Position numbers and translations under genes: made by a program
Notes under the pieces: generated by a model
The model's database searches: none
What the model was told of the DNA's origin: nothing
The model's input: only the letters and a program-made list of their open reading frames with translations
In this document: in pieces, positions 12,833-26,300 of the stretch
Layout: the number at the start of each line of letters is the position of its first letter
Numbering within the stretch: position 1 is the first letter of the stretch
Origin: Mobula birostris
Taxonomy: Eukaryota
DNA: 64,000 nt
Direction: 5' to 3'
Assembly: GCF_030028105.1 (NCBI RefSeq)
Contig: NC_092387.1
Location: forward strand, 20,221,590-20,285,589

Positions 12833-13111
12833 AGTTCAGCCGACAGCCTGTACAGTATTTACTTCCTCTATCCCTTGCTGGCATAAGGCACTTCAATTTT
12901 CTCCTGTAGATTTTTGTGAATATTTACCATAACACATCACGATTTCTTTGCATCAAAACAATGATCACTGTTCAAAAAGTGCAGTACTTTAAGCCTTTTC
13001 ATTAGACTTATAATGATAAGGGCAAACAACCGTCCGGATAATAAAACATTCTTACAGAGTGGAAGAATAGGAAGTTGTAGGTAGACGGTTCCAATCCAAA
13101 GTTGAGAAATC

Positions 13112-13680
13112 CACTCAGTGGCCACTTTATTAGGTACACCTGTACACCTGCTTGTTAATGCAAACATCTAATCAGCCAATCATGTGGCAGCAACTGAATT
13201 CACAAAAGCATGCAGGCATGGTCAAGAGGTTCAGTTGTTGTTTGGACCAAACATATCAATGGGAAGGAAATGCGATCTAAGTGACTTTGATTGTGGAATG
13301 ATTGTTGGTACCAGACAGGGTGGTTTGAGTATCTCAGAAACTGCTGACCTGCTGAGATTTTCACGCTCAACAGTCTCCAGAGTTTATGGAGAATGGTGCA
13401 AAAAACAGGAAGAAACATCCAGTGAGTGGCAGTACTGTGGGCAAAAGCACTTTGTTGATGAGAGAGGTCAGAGGAGAATGGCCAGACTGGTTCATGCTGA
13501 CAGGAAGTTGACAGTAACTCAAATAACCACACATTACAATAGTGGTGTGCAGAAGAGCATCTCTGAATGCACAACATGTCAATCCTTGAAGTGGATGGGC
13601 TACAAGCAGCAGAAGACCACAAACATAAACTCCGTGGCGACTTTATTAGTTTGAGGAGTATGTAATAAAGTGCCACTGTG
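13112..13680 (+). mobile_element. Internally deleted Tc1-like DNA transposon (paired/HTH domain only)
   Basis: TIR cactcagtggccactttattaggtacacct and imperfect inverse at ~13654-13680 followed by TA; ORF MGRKCDLSDFDCGMIVG..SISETADLL..STVSRVY; no DDE domain. Confidence 0.88.
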
Positions 13681-14251
13681 TAGATGTCATTATTTTTCTA
13701 AATGTTTGAAGAGGGAAAAAAATACAGATTGAAAGAATTTAGCAAATCACATTTAATGTTCTTGTATAATAAACAGAAATGACCAAAGCAGTAGGCGTTC
13801 CTCCTCCAGGTCATCTGCTTGTGTTTCAACAGGAATGATCAAGTGGAAGTCGCAATCCCCACTGTTCTTCACTGTCACCATGTCAATCACATGTTTACCA
13901 GTAGCACAGCCCATTGGTCGTCAGCAATGATGTCGGCACCACAAACTGTGGTCAATTTTAATTTAGACTTTTCACTCCCTTCTTCCCACCACATGGCTAA
14001 ATACTCGGAATGTGGTCACACTGTGATGATGTTGCAATATACAGTCAAGTTTGTTACACATAGGGAATAAAGGGAAATGTTCTACGAAGTGCATGTCTGT
14101 GGACACAATTAATTCATACAACAGCATGTGTACATGACAAAGCCAGCAACTCTATTCCTTGTTTTGTAGACAATTGGTTGGGGTAATCTCCATCTTTATA
14201 ATAACATGGCAACTGGACAACAAATTTTTTAAAAATCTATTTACAAATTTG

Positions 14252-14381
14252 TTAGAAGTGTTGTTTACATGGTTCAATGTTGTTATACAGTTTGCAGCAG
14301 TTTTGAAAGAAAGAATAACTCTGATTGACTTTCAACCACTGTCCTTCAAAAACAATGGTTTGATTTCCGGTGGACACCACA
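14252..14381 (-). CDS. slc28a1: SLC28A1/2 last coding exon [42 protein letters not shown]
   Basis: ttccacag acceptor, phase matches, TAA at 14254-14252; CNT2-like FxGxW...NCCxxYNN tail. Confidence 0.92.
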
Positions 14382-17300
14382 CTGTGGAAAGAAATGATAG
14401 TGGGATGGAATCAGTTCTGATGGATAATGTTATAGTGACAAATCAGATCACAAAGAATTATAGACCAACACATGAATAAACCAGTCAACAGTTTTCTAAC
14501 CCCACACAATATTAACTCGTTGCTTAGGTAGAAACAATGATCTTCCTTTGATCAAGGCTTCTTTCTGCCATGTAATATTTAAATGGTCAGGTTATTTGTG
14601 GTGTTCAATAGGAATCAGATTGTTGTTTTGGGTGCATTGGGAGATGTGCAAAACTGTAAATCATGGGTCTTGAAATTGCTCACAATGATGCAGAAAGAAA
14701 GCAACAACAAAAGGCTGTTTTGGGAGGCGGCTGTCTGCATGGGACATAACAAACTGATCTAGATACCCACCCACAGGCTGAATTAAATGGGGAGGGAATG
14801 GAGATGAGTTAGTGGGCACTGGGTTCGGGTGTTTCGGTCTTCATTCTTATCACACTTTTACTTTAAACTTTTTTAGCACTATGATGTTGAGAAACATGAA
14901 TAAAATACTTATTTTTTTACAATAAGACCATATTTCAAAAGCCAAATCTGTGTTGATTCATTCCAATGGAAGGAGTTGGAAATCTGTTAGAAGATGCGTG
15001 AAAGAGTGGGTTCAGCGAGTCATGTATCTTAAAAACAGCCGTACATTAAAATGTTAAATTCCACTGGTGTGTGAGTCAGAATTTTTTCCAGGTAAGCTCC
15101 CACTGGGGAGTGTTGGATGATGAATTACTGCCACACCTTCTTGGACTTCTTTCCCAATTGTTTGTGACTGAAGAGAATGTTAGTTCCATTAATAGACTAG
15201 AGAGCACTAGGTCACCCTCTGTCAACCGAGCTCGGTGACCGCACTGCTGAAAATGACTGGGATTTATCTTTTGCATGTTATTTTTGTGTAACTATCTACC
15301 ATTCTCTGCAACATCTACAGAAGTTAAATCCTTCTGTTTGCGTCTTTCCATTCCCCAAATGCCCTGGCATTCCCTGCAGTCTTGCCTTATCTGAAACATC
15401 TCATAGACTCATAGAATAGTACAACCCAGTACAGGCCCTTCAGCCCACAATGTTGTGCTGACCCTCAAACCCTGCCTCCCATATAACCCTCCACCTTAAA
15501 TTCCTCCATATACCTGTCTGGTAGTCTCTTAAACTTCACTAGTGTATCTGCCTCCACCACTGACTCAGGCAGTGCATTCCACGCACCAACCACTCTCTGA
15601 GTAAAAAACCTTCCTCGAATATCCCCCTTGAACTTCCCACCTTAAAGCCATGTCCTTATGTCTTGAGCAGTGGTGCCCTGGGGAAGAGGCGCTGGCTATC
15701 CACTCTATCTATTCCTCTTATTATCTTGTACACCTCTATCATGTCTCCTGTCATCCTCCTTCTCTCCAAAGAGTAAAGCCCTAGCTCCCTTAATCTCTGA
15801 TCATAATGCATACTCTCTAAACCGGGCAGCATCCTGGTAAATCTCCTCTGTACCCTTTCCAATGCTTCCACATCCTTCCTATAGTGAGGCGACCAGAACT
15901 GGACACAGTACTCCAAGTGTGGCCTAACCAGAGTTTTATAGAGCTGCATCATTACATCGCGACTCTTAAACTCTTTCCCTCGACTTATGAAAGCTAACAC
16001 CCCATAGCCTTTTTTATCCACCTGTGAGGCAACTTTCAGGGATCTGTGGACATGTACCCCCAGATCCCTCTGCTCCTCCACACTACCAAGTATCCTGCCA
16101 TTTACTTTGTACCCTGCCTTGGAGTTTGTCCTTCCAAAGTGTACCACCTCACACTTCTCCAGGTTGAACTCCATCTGCCACTTCTCAGCCCACTTCTGCA
16201 TCCTATCAATGTCTCTCTGCAATCTTCGACAATCCTCTACACTATCTACAACACCACCAACCTTTGTGTCTGATGGGGTGTGAGAAAAAACACTTCACTG
16301 TTTAGGCCCAAGGGCTTGAGCTGAGCAAATAACTGCTTGTAGCCAGCCTCCAGAGTAAACTTCCTGCTGAACTGGAAGGATAATTAAGAAGGGGGTGAAA
16401 CTGTATAGAATTGACAACATAAAAATAAGCCATTTGGCCCTTCCAGTCTGAACCACAGTTTATGCTCCACTTAAGCCTCCGCCTATGTTTCTTTGAATCC
16501 ATCAGCATAGTGAGGTGGCACTTCACCTGTCAAAGGCCAGGGTCATCTACTGCAGCAGAGGCTCCCTGTGAGGCCTTTGCTACGTCAATGAGACTCCATG
16601 TAATTTGGTGGAATCGCTTCACCGAGCACCTTCGCTTCATTTGCCACAAAAGGAGGGATTTCCCAGTCACCAGCCATTTCATTTGACTTCCCATTCTCTT
16701 TCTGACATGTCAGCCCATGGCCTCCTCTATGATGAGGCCACACTCAGGTTGGAGGAGCAACATTTCATCTTCCGTCTGGGTTCATGAAACTAGGTGAAGG
16801 GGAGACGGGTGCGTGGGGTTCACCAACCTGATGGCATGAACATCAATTTCTCTAACCTACAGTAATTTCTCCCCCTTCCCCCCTTCTCCTTTTCCATTCC
16901 ACATTCTGGTTCCCCTCTCACCCCTTCTCCTCGCCATCCCATCACCTCCCTCTGGTACCCCGCTTCATTCCCTTTTTCCTATCGTCTGCTTTTCTCCCCT
17001 ACCAGATTTATTCTTCCTCAGCATTTGACCTCTTCCACCTATTATCCTCCAACTTCTTACTTCATCCCTCCCTCACACAGACACCATCCCCCTCACCTGG
17101 TTGCATCTATCACGTGCCAGCTTGTATTCCTCAACCTTCCCCTCCTTCTTATTCTGGCATTCTTTCCTGATAAAGGGTCTCGCACAAAACATCGACTGCT
17201 TAGTCCCCTGAATCGATGCTGCTTGACTTCCTTTTTGTACTTTCGGCATTGTGTGTGAGTATAGCCTCATATTCCCTTCAATGAATCCACGCCATTCCCA

Positions 17301-20300
17301 ACATCACCAAGTTCCATTGTCTCCCCACTTGGTATAAACAGTTTCTTCTGAATTCTATAACGGATTTCAAGTTGACTGTTTTATATTGGTGTTCTTTCAA
17401 AGTGGTCTTTGCTAAAGACATTGAAAAGCGGTGTAGAATGAGTATTTGCTTTGCTTTGATTTGATTTATCCATCTGCACGTCTCTAGCCACTTTCCTCTT
17501 TAAACAGCGATGGAACTCACCTGTCAAAGAGATCCTGACAGCAGTTTTGGAGGTTTGCACTTGTCCCATTAAAGGAGCTGCTATTGAGGTAACTTATGCA
17601 GTCCAAAGTCTCCCTGGGCACAAACAAAATCCCTACAAGACAGAAAGTAAAGATGAATCCTGCACCAAATAAGTAATCAGTTTTAACTCAGTTTTTTTTT
17701 CTCTCCACAGATGCTGCCTGACTTGCTAGTTATTTCCAACATTCTCTTTTAATTTTTCAGTCTTGGTCTGTCCTGTGTTTTGTGATATCACACCGCAGGA
17801 AATATTGTATCATTTCTTAATGCATGCATTACTAAATGACAATAAAAAGAGGACTGTGTGTCTTCATAATCTAATCTAATCTCATTCAGGTTTCCAGTAA
17901 ATCCTTGTTTCTATTTCCAGCAGGAATTTTTTTCTTTCTCAGAGCCTTCAATCTGAAACATCAACTGTTTCTCTCTCCATACTTGTTATGTGGCCTGTTG
18001 AATGTATCCAACATTTCTATCCCGGCTTTTGTCTTTTCCCTCTCCTCTGTCCCCATTCCCCTCTCCCTCAGACAGATCAACTGTGATTAACAAACCTCCA
18101 CAACCCTCCCACTCACTCTATCCCTTGTCCTTCTTGCTCTCTACCTTCCCACCCCACAGCTCAAAGCAGGTTTGACTTCCATCTAGTTCTGATGGTAGGT
18201 CATCGACCCAAAACCTCTTTCGACTCCACAGGTGCTGCCCACCCTGTATAGTATCTTTAGCATTTTGTCCTTTCTGTGAAATTTGATTTTCATTCCTTTT
18301 GTTTTGTCGGGTGGGGATAGACCTGCAGTGTGAAGTTCATGGCTGAATACCTGCGACGCATGCATTCACCAGCGAGGTGACGAACCCGGTGATGAGAGCT
18401 CGGATAACCACCTCCGCAAAGTCATTCTTGCGGTTTGGGGCCATGGCAGCTGCAGAGGGCAGGACAAGGGGATGGTGGAGAGAGCATGTGTAGAACACGT
18501 GAATTTACACCAAAGAACTTGGCATAATTACAGCACATTATAGAATTTTTAGTGATTTTTAAAGAATGGCCTCTGGTAATTAGATAATCAGCTTTAGTTA
18601 TTTCTTTGAGGGATAAATATTGGCCAGGATATGAAAAGAACACTCTGTCTTTTTAAACAGTACAAGGCATCTTTTCTATTCAGCTAAGAGGACAGAGAGA
18701 GCCTTGGCTCATGTTCTGTCTGGGTAGCCTCCAACCTGAAGGGATGAACATCGATTTCTCTAACTTCTAGTAATTTCTCTCCCCTCCCTCCTTCCCTCTT
18801 CTTCCTTGCCCCAGACTGGATATCCACTCACCCCTTCTCTTCGCCTCACCCACCTTCTGGTCCTCCTCCTTCCCTTTCCTCCATGGTCCACTGCCCTCTC
18901 CTATTAGATTTCTTCTTCTTCAGCCCTTTACCTTTTCCACCTGTCTCCTCCCTGCTTCCTACTTCATACCCCCTCCTTCACCCACCCATCTCACCTAGCC
19001 TCCAACTTGTGCTCCTCCCCCTCCCCCCACCCTCTTGTTCTGGCTCCTTCCCCCTTCCCTTCCAGTCCTGATGAGGGGTCGTGGCCTGAAATGCTGACTG
19101 TTTTTCGCTCTCCGCAGGTGCGCTTGACCTGCTGAGTTCCTCCATCATTTTGTGTGTATTGCTTGATTTAAAGTATCATCCGGAAAACATCTCTGACAAG
19201 GTCTTGACCTGAAACGTCAACTCTTCATTTCCCTCCATAGATGCTGCCTGACCTGCTGAGTTCTTCCTGGTATTTTGTGTGTTGCTACAAATTTACATTA
19301 TCTGCTATCCCTCTTGTGTCTCCACTCTTACAGCATAGTGTGACCTTGGCACTCTTTATAAGATTCTTTTTTTTGGAGCAAGGCCATCATTTATTGCAAG
19401 TCTCTACTTGCCCCTGAGAAAGATAGCTACCTTCTCGAACCACCGCAGTCCTTCTGGTGTTGTTAAGGAGAGTGTTTCAGGATTTAGACCTAGTGGCAAA
19501 GAATGACCAACAATATATTTCCAAGTGACAATGTTGAGTGACTTGAAGGGCAACCTACAAGTGGTGGGGTCATCAGACCATATTGCCAGGTTCAAAGGAG
19601 GTTCATGAAAATGATTCCAGGATTCAATGGCTTGTCATATGAAGAGTGTTTGATGGCCCTGGCCTGTATGCACTAGAATTCAGAAGAATGACCTTATTGA
19701 AACCTATCGAATGTGAAAGGCCTTGATAGAATGGATGTGGAGATGTTTCCTATGGTGGGAGAACATAGGACCAGAGGACACAGCCTCAGAATAGAAGAGT
19801 GTCTGGAGATGAGGAGGAATTTCTTTATCCAGAGAGTAGTGGATCTGTGGAATTTGTTGCCACAGGTAGCTGTAGAGGCCAAGTGATTACATATATTTAA
19901 GGCAGCGGTTGATAGAGTTTTGATTGGTCAGGGCATGGAGGGATATGGAAAGAAGGCAGGAAATGGGGGCTGAGAGGGAAAATTGGATTAGCCATGATGA
20001 AATGGCAGAGCAGACTGGATGGGCCAAAATGGCCGAATTCTGCTTCTATATCTTCAGCTTGTATTGTCTTTCTTGGCAGTAGATGTCATGGACTTGGGAG
20101 GGTGAGTAATGGCAGTGGAATTTATAGTTGGAGAGTCATTGAGAGATTCAGTTTAGAATCAGACCCTTGGGCTCATTGAGTTTGTGCCAAATATCAAGTT
20201 CCCATTTTTACACTAATCCCATTTCATCCCACATTCCCATCAACACCACCCCCCCCCCACAGATTCTACCTTACACCTACACAGAAGGGGCAATTTACAG

Positions 20301-23300
20301 TGGCCAAGTAACCTATCAGCTTGCACAGTTTTGGAATGTGGGAGGAAACTGGAACTCCCAGAGCAGTCGACTGGGAAGATGCAAACTTTGGCCAGACTGC
20401 ACCAGGACAGGTGGTGCACACCGTGGCCAATGTGTGCCAGCAGTGGAGGAAATTAATTTTTATGATGATAGACGGGATGCGGCTCAGGTGAGCTGCTTTA
20501 GTCCTGGATGGTGTAGTACTCACTGAGAGTTGTACTTGTGTAGGGGAATGTATTTCATCAAGGTCAGTGTTATTTGTCACATGTACGTGGAAGCATTAAA
20601 ACATAAAATGAAATGTGCTGTTTGCATCAACGACTAAATCAGAAAGTAATATTAATGGGAAGACTCTTAGCAGTGTGGAGGATCTGAGAGAACTTGGGGT
20701 CTGTGTCAACAGGACACTTAAAGCTGCTGTGCTGGTTGACAGTGTTGTTAAGAAGGTGTATGGTGTGTTAGCCTTCATTAACCATGGGATTGAGTTCAAG
20801 AGCTGAGAGGTAATGTTACAGCTAAATAAGATCTTGGTCAGACCTCACTTGGAGTACTGTGTTTAGTTCTGCTCACCTCACTACAGGAAGGATGTGGATA
20901 CTATAGAGGAGTGCAGGGGAGATTTACAAGGATATTGCCTGGATTGGAGGGCGTACTTTATGAGGATAGGTTGAGTGACTTGGCCTTATTTCCTTGGAGT
21001 GATGGAGGATGAGAGGTGACTGATAGAGGCGTATGAGATGATGAGGAGCATTGATCATGTGGATAGCCAGAGGCTTTTTCCCAGGACTGAAACGGCTAAC
21101 ACAAGGGGGTATAGTTTTAAGGTGCTTGGAAACAGGTATTGAGGGGATGTCAGAGGTAAGTTTTTCACACAGAGCGGTGGGTACATGGAATGCAGTGCTG
21201 GTGATGGTGGTGGAGGCGGATACAATAGGGTCTTTTAAGAGTCTCTTAGGTACATGGAGCTTAGAAAACTAGAGGGATGTGCGCTAAGGAAATTCTAGGC
21301 AGTTTTTAGAGTAGGCTACATGTCAGCCCAGCATTGTGGGCCAAAGGACCTGTAATATGTTGTAGATTTCTATGTTTTATGTTCTATGACCAATGTAGTT
21401 CGTCATATGCTGGGGGATAATCTGCACATGTCGCTAAGCTTTTGGCGCCAACATATCATGCCTACAACTTACTAACCCCAGCTTATATGTCTTTGGAATG
21501 TGTGAGGATGCCAGAGCATGCAGAGGAAAAGCATTATACTAACTTCTAAGCTCTCATGCTTCCCTACAAGGAACATACCCAGTTCCTGAGAGTGGACAGC
21601 ACATGGAAGTGAGTCACTCACTGCAGGATATCCAGTCTGACTGCTCTTGTAGCATGGTGTTTATATGGCTGGTAGTGTTGTTGCTGGTCAATGCTTGGGG
21701 GAGTTGATGATGTCATATTGTACTTCAGGGAAAAGTGTTGGACACAGTAATTACTTGGCCCTTCTGTAGTACGAGTGTTACGTGGTATTTTCCAGCCACG
21801 CGTGGACATTGTCCAAGTCCTGCTACATACACGAATTGGACCGCTTCATTCCTGAGGAGTTGCGAATGGAATTGAACTGTTGAGTTGGCTTGAGTTAACT
21901 GCTCAGGTTTACAGAGTGGAACATTAGTCTACGAGCTACTGATTCGGAGATGGACATTTCACACTGGGAATATTGACACTTGATCTTCTACATAATTCTT
22001 TTATTGAATCTAAAAGGATGGTGTTGCTATACTAAAAGAAATTTAAATCAGTTCCATTCCCGAAGAAGCCCTTTGCCAAGTTCGAGCAAGTCGAAGCCCT
22101 TTCTACTGTTCACCTTCAAGGCTCAAACTTAAAATTTGGGCCACATCCCAAACAGGTGCCACATTGAGGGGTGTTATATTTTGGATGAGAGTTTTAATCA
22201 AGGTTCCTTGTTCCATCAAGCTGGATGTAAGTGATCCCATGACACTGTGTAAAAGGGAGCAGAGAGTTTCTCCTGGTATCTTGGCCAACATTTCTTACTC
22301 TGATTACAATAGCAATAGATAACCTGGCCATTACTGTTTGCCTTGTGTAAATCAAACACTATTACGCCATTCCTTAGTGATAGCAGTTCATGTCAGCTTC
22401 CAACAGCAGACTCCCAACAGATCCATTTTCACTCCTTATTTCCCTGTATCCCAGCAACATGTTCTTCCAACAAATCCATTAGCTCCCCAGTGACACATTC
22501 TTGCCACTTCCACCTGTTCCATGAACATGGTGTCTGCAAATCAGCCACATCTTATCCAGGGGCCACCCATGGAAATTGTCTGTGGGTGAAGAAGCCCAAC
22601 CAGGAGGGAAAATACATCTGTTGGGCTTACGTGGAAAGAAAGAGAACTTTCACAAGCTCTGCTACAACCTCAGATTGCCCCAAAGCAATTGAATTGGACA
22701 GAAATTAAGACTATTAGAACAAAGAAGTTTAAGGTAAAATATGCGAGCATGGTTTGATGATGCAATTTAGAGCAGCTAAAGCTTACAGAAGATTGACTTG
22801 TTACATTGAGGAGCCATAAGCACATAGACAGTGACTGGCTACTTACAGAGTCCTCCGAGCGTGATACCGATTGAAGAGAAGTTAGCAAAGCCACAAAGGG
22901 CATATGTGGATATTGTTTCTGCTCTGAGCTACAAAAATAAAAAAGGAATCAAACCTTCTCCATTCACCGCTTTGATTTCTTAGAACAGGGGTTCCCAACC
23001 TGAGGTCCATGGACCCCTCAGTTAATAGTAGGCATCCATGGCAAAAAATGGTTGGGATCCTCTGGTTTAGATGTTCTAATTAAAGTTCCTACTTAGTTAC
23101 AGAGTCATACACCACAGGCCCTTCTGCCCACCTTGTCTGTACCAGTCTTCAAGTACCGACCTACACTAATCTTATTTACCAATACTTGGTCTGTAACTTC
23201 TGTGCCTCAGTGACTCAAGTACCCATCCAAATGTCGTGAGATTTCCTGCCTTCAACAGCTCCTCAGGCAGATTCCAATCAGGCTCTGCATAAAAGCTTTC

Positions 23301-26300
23301 CTCCTCAGTTCCTCCCACCAACATCACCCTTACCCTAAAGCTTTAGTTTTAACCATGTGTTTGAATGAATGTCACTTTTAATTTAACAATACATGCTGCT
23401 TACATTTTGGGTAATAGGGTTTGCGGCGATTTGGATCTGAGCCAAGTAACCCGAATACAAATTCAGCCTGGACTGAAGTGTTACCAACATGTTGAAACTA
23501 AATGAAACTTCATCTGGTCTCCTCACTGGAAGTCACCGTGCAAAACGACTGGGTGATCTGACACCCACGCCACGGTGAAGAGGCACACGAGCTCTGGGAA
23601 TTACATGGTCACACCACAAGTAGATGATTAATATTATAACTTTGCTACAGTTATATTCCGGTTATTGATGTTACAATGATAAAAAAGCTGCATGCTAATA
23701 TGTTTTTGAGAACTCCTGCACAGGCTCAAATTGGCTAAGGTATTGGCTAAGCCTGATATGGAGGCTCCAATGCACAGGAATACAAAAGGCTGCAGATGGT
23801 TAGACACCCAGATGGTTGTACAGCCACAACCATCCCCACCATCAGGGGCATCTTCAATAGTTGGTGCCTTAGGGTTAGCGTTAGGGTGGTTTCCTTCACC
23901 GAGGGCCACCACCATCTGGGACACGGAGGTTACTATGGTGAAGAGGTACTGAATCCACACTCAATGTTTTAGAAGCATTTTCATCCCCACCACTGTTATA
24001 TTTCTGAAAGGCCCACAAATCCATTAGTACTACCTTATTATTCCTTTTTAACATTATTCCTCAAGACCTACAGGGGCACCACTGAGAGCATACTGATTGG
24101 CTGTATCACCGCCTGGTACAGGAACTGCACCGATCTTGATTGCTGGGTGCTGCGGAGAGTGTTATAGACAGCCCAGCACATCTATGGATGTGAGCTTCCC
24201 TCCATTGAGGACATATACAGCAGCAGGTGTGTAAAGAAGGCCTGGAAGACCATCGGGGACACCAATCACCCCAACCATAAAGTCTTTCAGCTGCTTCTGT
24301 CTGGCAAACAGTACCGCAGAATTAAAGCCAGGACCAACAGGCTACGGGACAGCTTCTTTCTACAAGCCATTAGACGTTCAAATTCAAATATCCGTACATT
24401 GTGATGGAGTCATAATGCAAAGATTTTTACTCCTTCACATTGTGGGATGGATGTAAGATTTAAATAAATTCTAATTCTAATTGTAATTATTTCTGTAATT
24501 TACAATAATTTTACGTCTCTGCACTAAAATGCCACTGAAAAACAACAAATTTCATGTCATATACGGTAGTCAGTGATAACAAGTCTGCTTCTGATTCTAG
24601 TTGCCCACCCCTCCATCACCAGGTACCCATACTCTCCCTACTTCCCAAAACTTTCACCCTTTAGTAAACTTCCCACCATCATTGTCATTGCATTAAAGAA
24701 GTTATGTTAGGATTGGCGGGCACCTTGAGTTAATGTGACCTCCTGGAGGCAGATCCATGAGATGAAGTTTTCCTCAACCTGTTGGGTGTCAACAACTCCT
24801 TGGGGCCTGGCTACTTGTTGGCTGAAATTTAACATTGCACATGGTCCATACTCACTGAAATCCACTGCTTTCGGCCATCAATAAATTCAGGTACACCTGC
24901 CAAACGTTTGGTCTTGTACTCGGCAAGATGCTGGTAAGCCACAAACTCGTTGAGAAAGAGTTTGGTTCCAATCAACTCAGCCACAAGGAAGGAGTCGTTC
25001 CACTCTGCTCCCATTATGAAGGCGATTGGCATGAAGATGTAGGAGCAAATGTTCTGCATAAACAGTACAAAACAGTCCTCACTAAAGTGTCCCACATCCT
25101 GAGCCAGCGACTCTAACTAAGAGAGTTCACAGTTCATTTAGGGGAAGTGGTCTTCCTGGTTTAAAGCAGAACTGACTGGTGACTTATCAGGGATGGCTGT
25201 GGCTCTCTTCTTCAGAAAAGTGGCAGTGGGAAGCCTTTGAAGTTCTGAAAAAGTTTGATAGAGTAGATGAAAGAAGCTGCTCCCACTTGGAGGAAGCCTG
25301 TGAGGCAGTAAATAAAAATGCAGGAGGGATTTCAGGAATGGACTCTTAACCAAAAGGCTGAGCGAGCTAGGACTTTTCTCTTTGGAGCAAAGGAGGATGA
25401 GAAGCAACCTAATAGAGGTGTATGAGATTATACGATGCATACATAGAGCGGACGGCCAGCATCTTTTTCCCTGGGCAACAATGACTAATGACTAATATCA
25501 GGGGACATCCCTTCATGGGGAGCAGAGGAAGGTTTAGGAAGAGATGTCAGAGGTATGGTATTTTACACAGAGAGTGGTAATTGTCTGACGGTGGTGGTGA
25601 ATGCTGATAAACTGGGAACATTTAAGGGACTGTTGCATAGGAACATGGATGAAAGAAAAATGGAGGGTTTTAGGCTATGTAGGAGGGAAGGGTTGATTGT
25701 GGTGTAGATTGAAAGGTTGGCACAATATTCTGTGTTGTACTGTTCTACGTTCTGTGTTCCAATGAGTGATTAGGAAGTGCAACTCGCTGCCACTGGGGGA
25801 GGGTGAAGCCAGTATAACGGATGCATCTGGGAGAGAGGTACAGTGGATAACACTGAAGTAGGAATGGCACTGGGATGCCAGAGTGCTTATAGCACGTACC
25901 ACTGAATGGGATCATATGGGCATTAGCCTGGCACTTAGGGCAGCATGGTAGGGTAGCAGTTGGTTTAACGCTGTGACAATGCCAACAACCCAGATCGAAT
26001 ACCCCCGCTGTTGGTAAGGAGTTTGTATGTTCTCCCCGTGACCACGTGGGTTGCCTCTGGGTGCTCTGGTTTCCTCTCACATTCCAAAGATGTACACCTT
26101 TGGTAGTTTAATTGGTCACATGGGTGTAATTGAGTGGCACAGGCTCTTTGGGCTGGAAGGTGCATGTCACAGTGCTGTCTCTCTAAATAAATAAATAAGA
26201 AATAGCAGCAGGTAATGCTTGTAGTGCTCATGACTCTGCTTTCCTGTTCAGTAAGATGTCATCCTTTATATCTTTAATTTCCAAAAGAAATCAGGAATTA

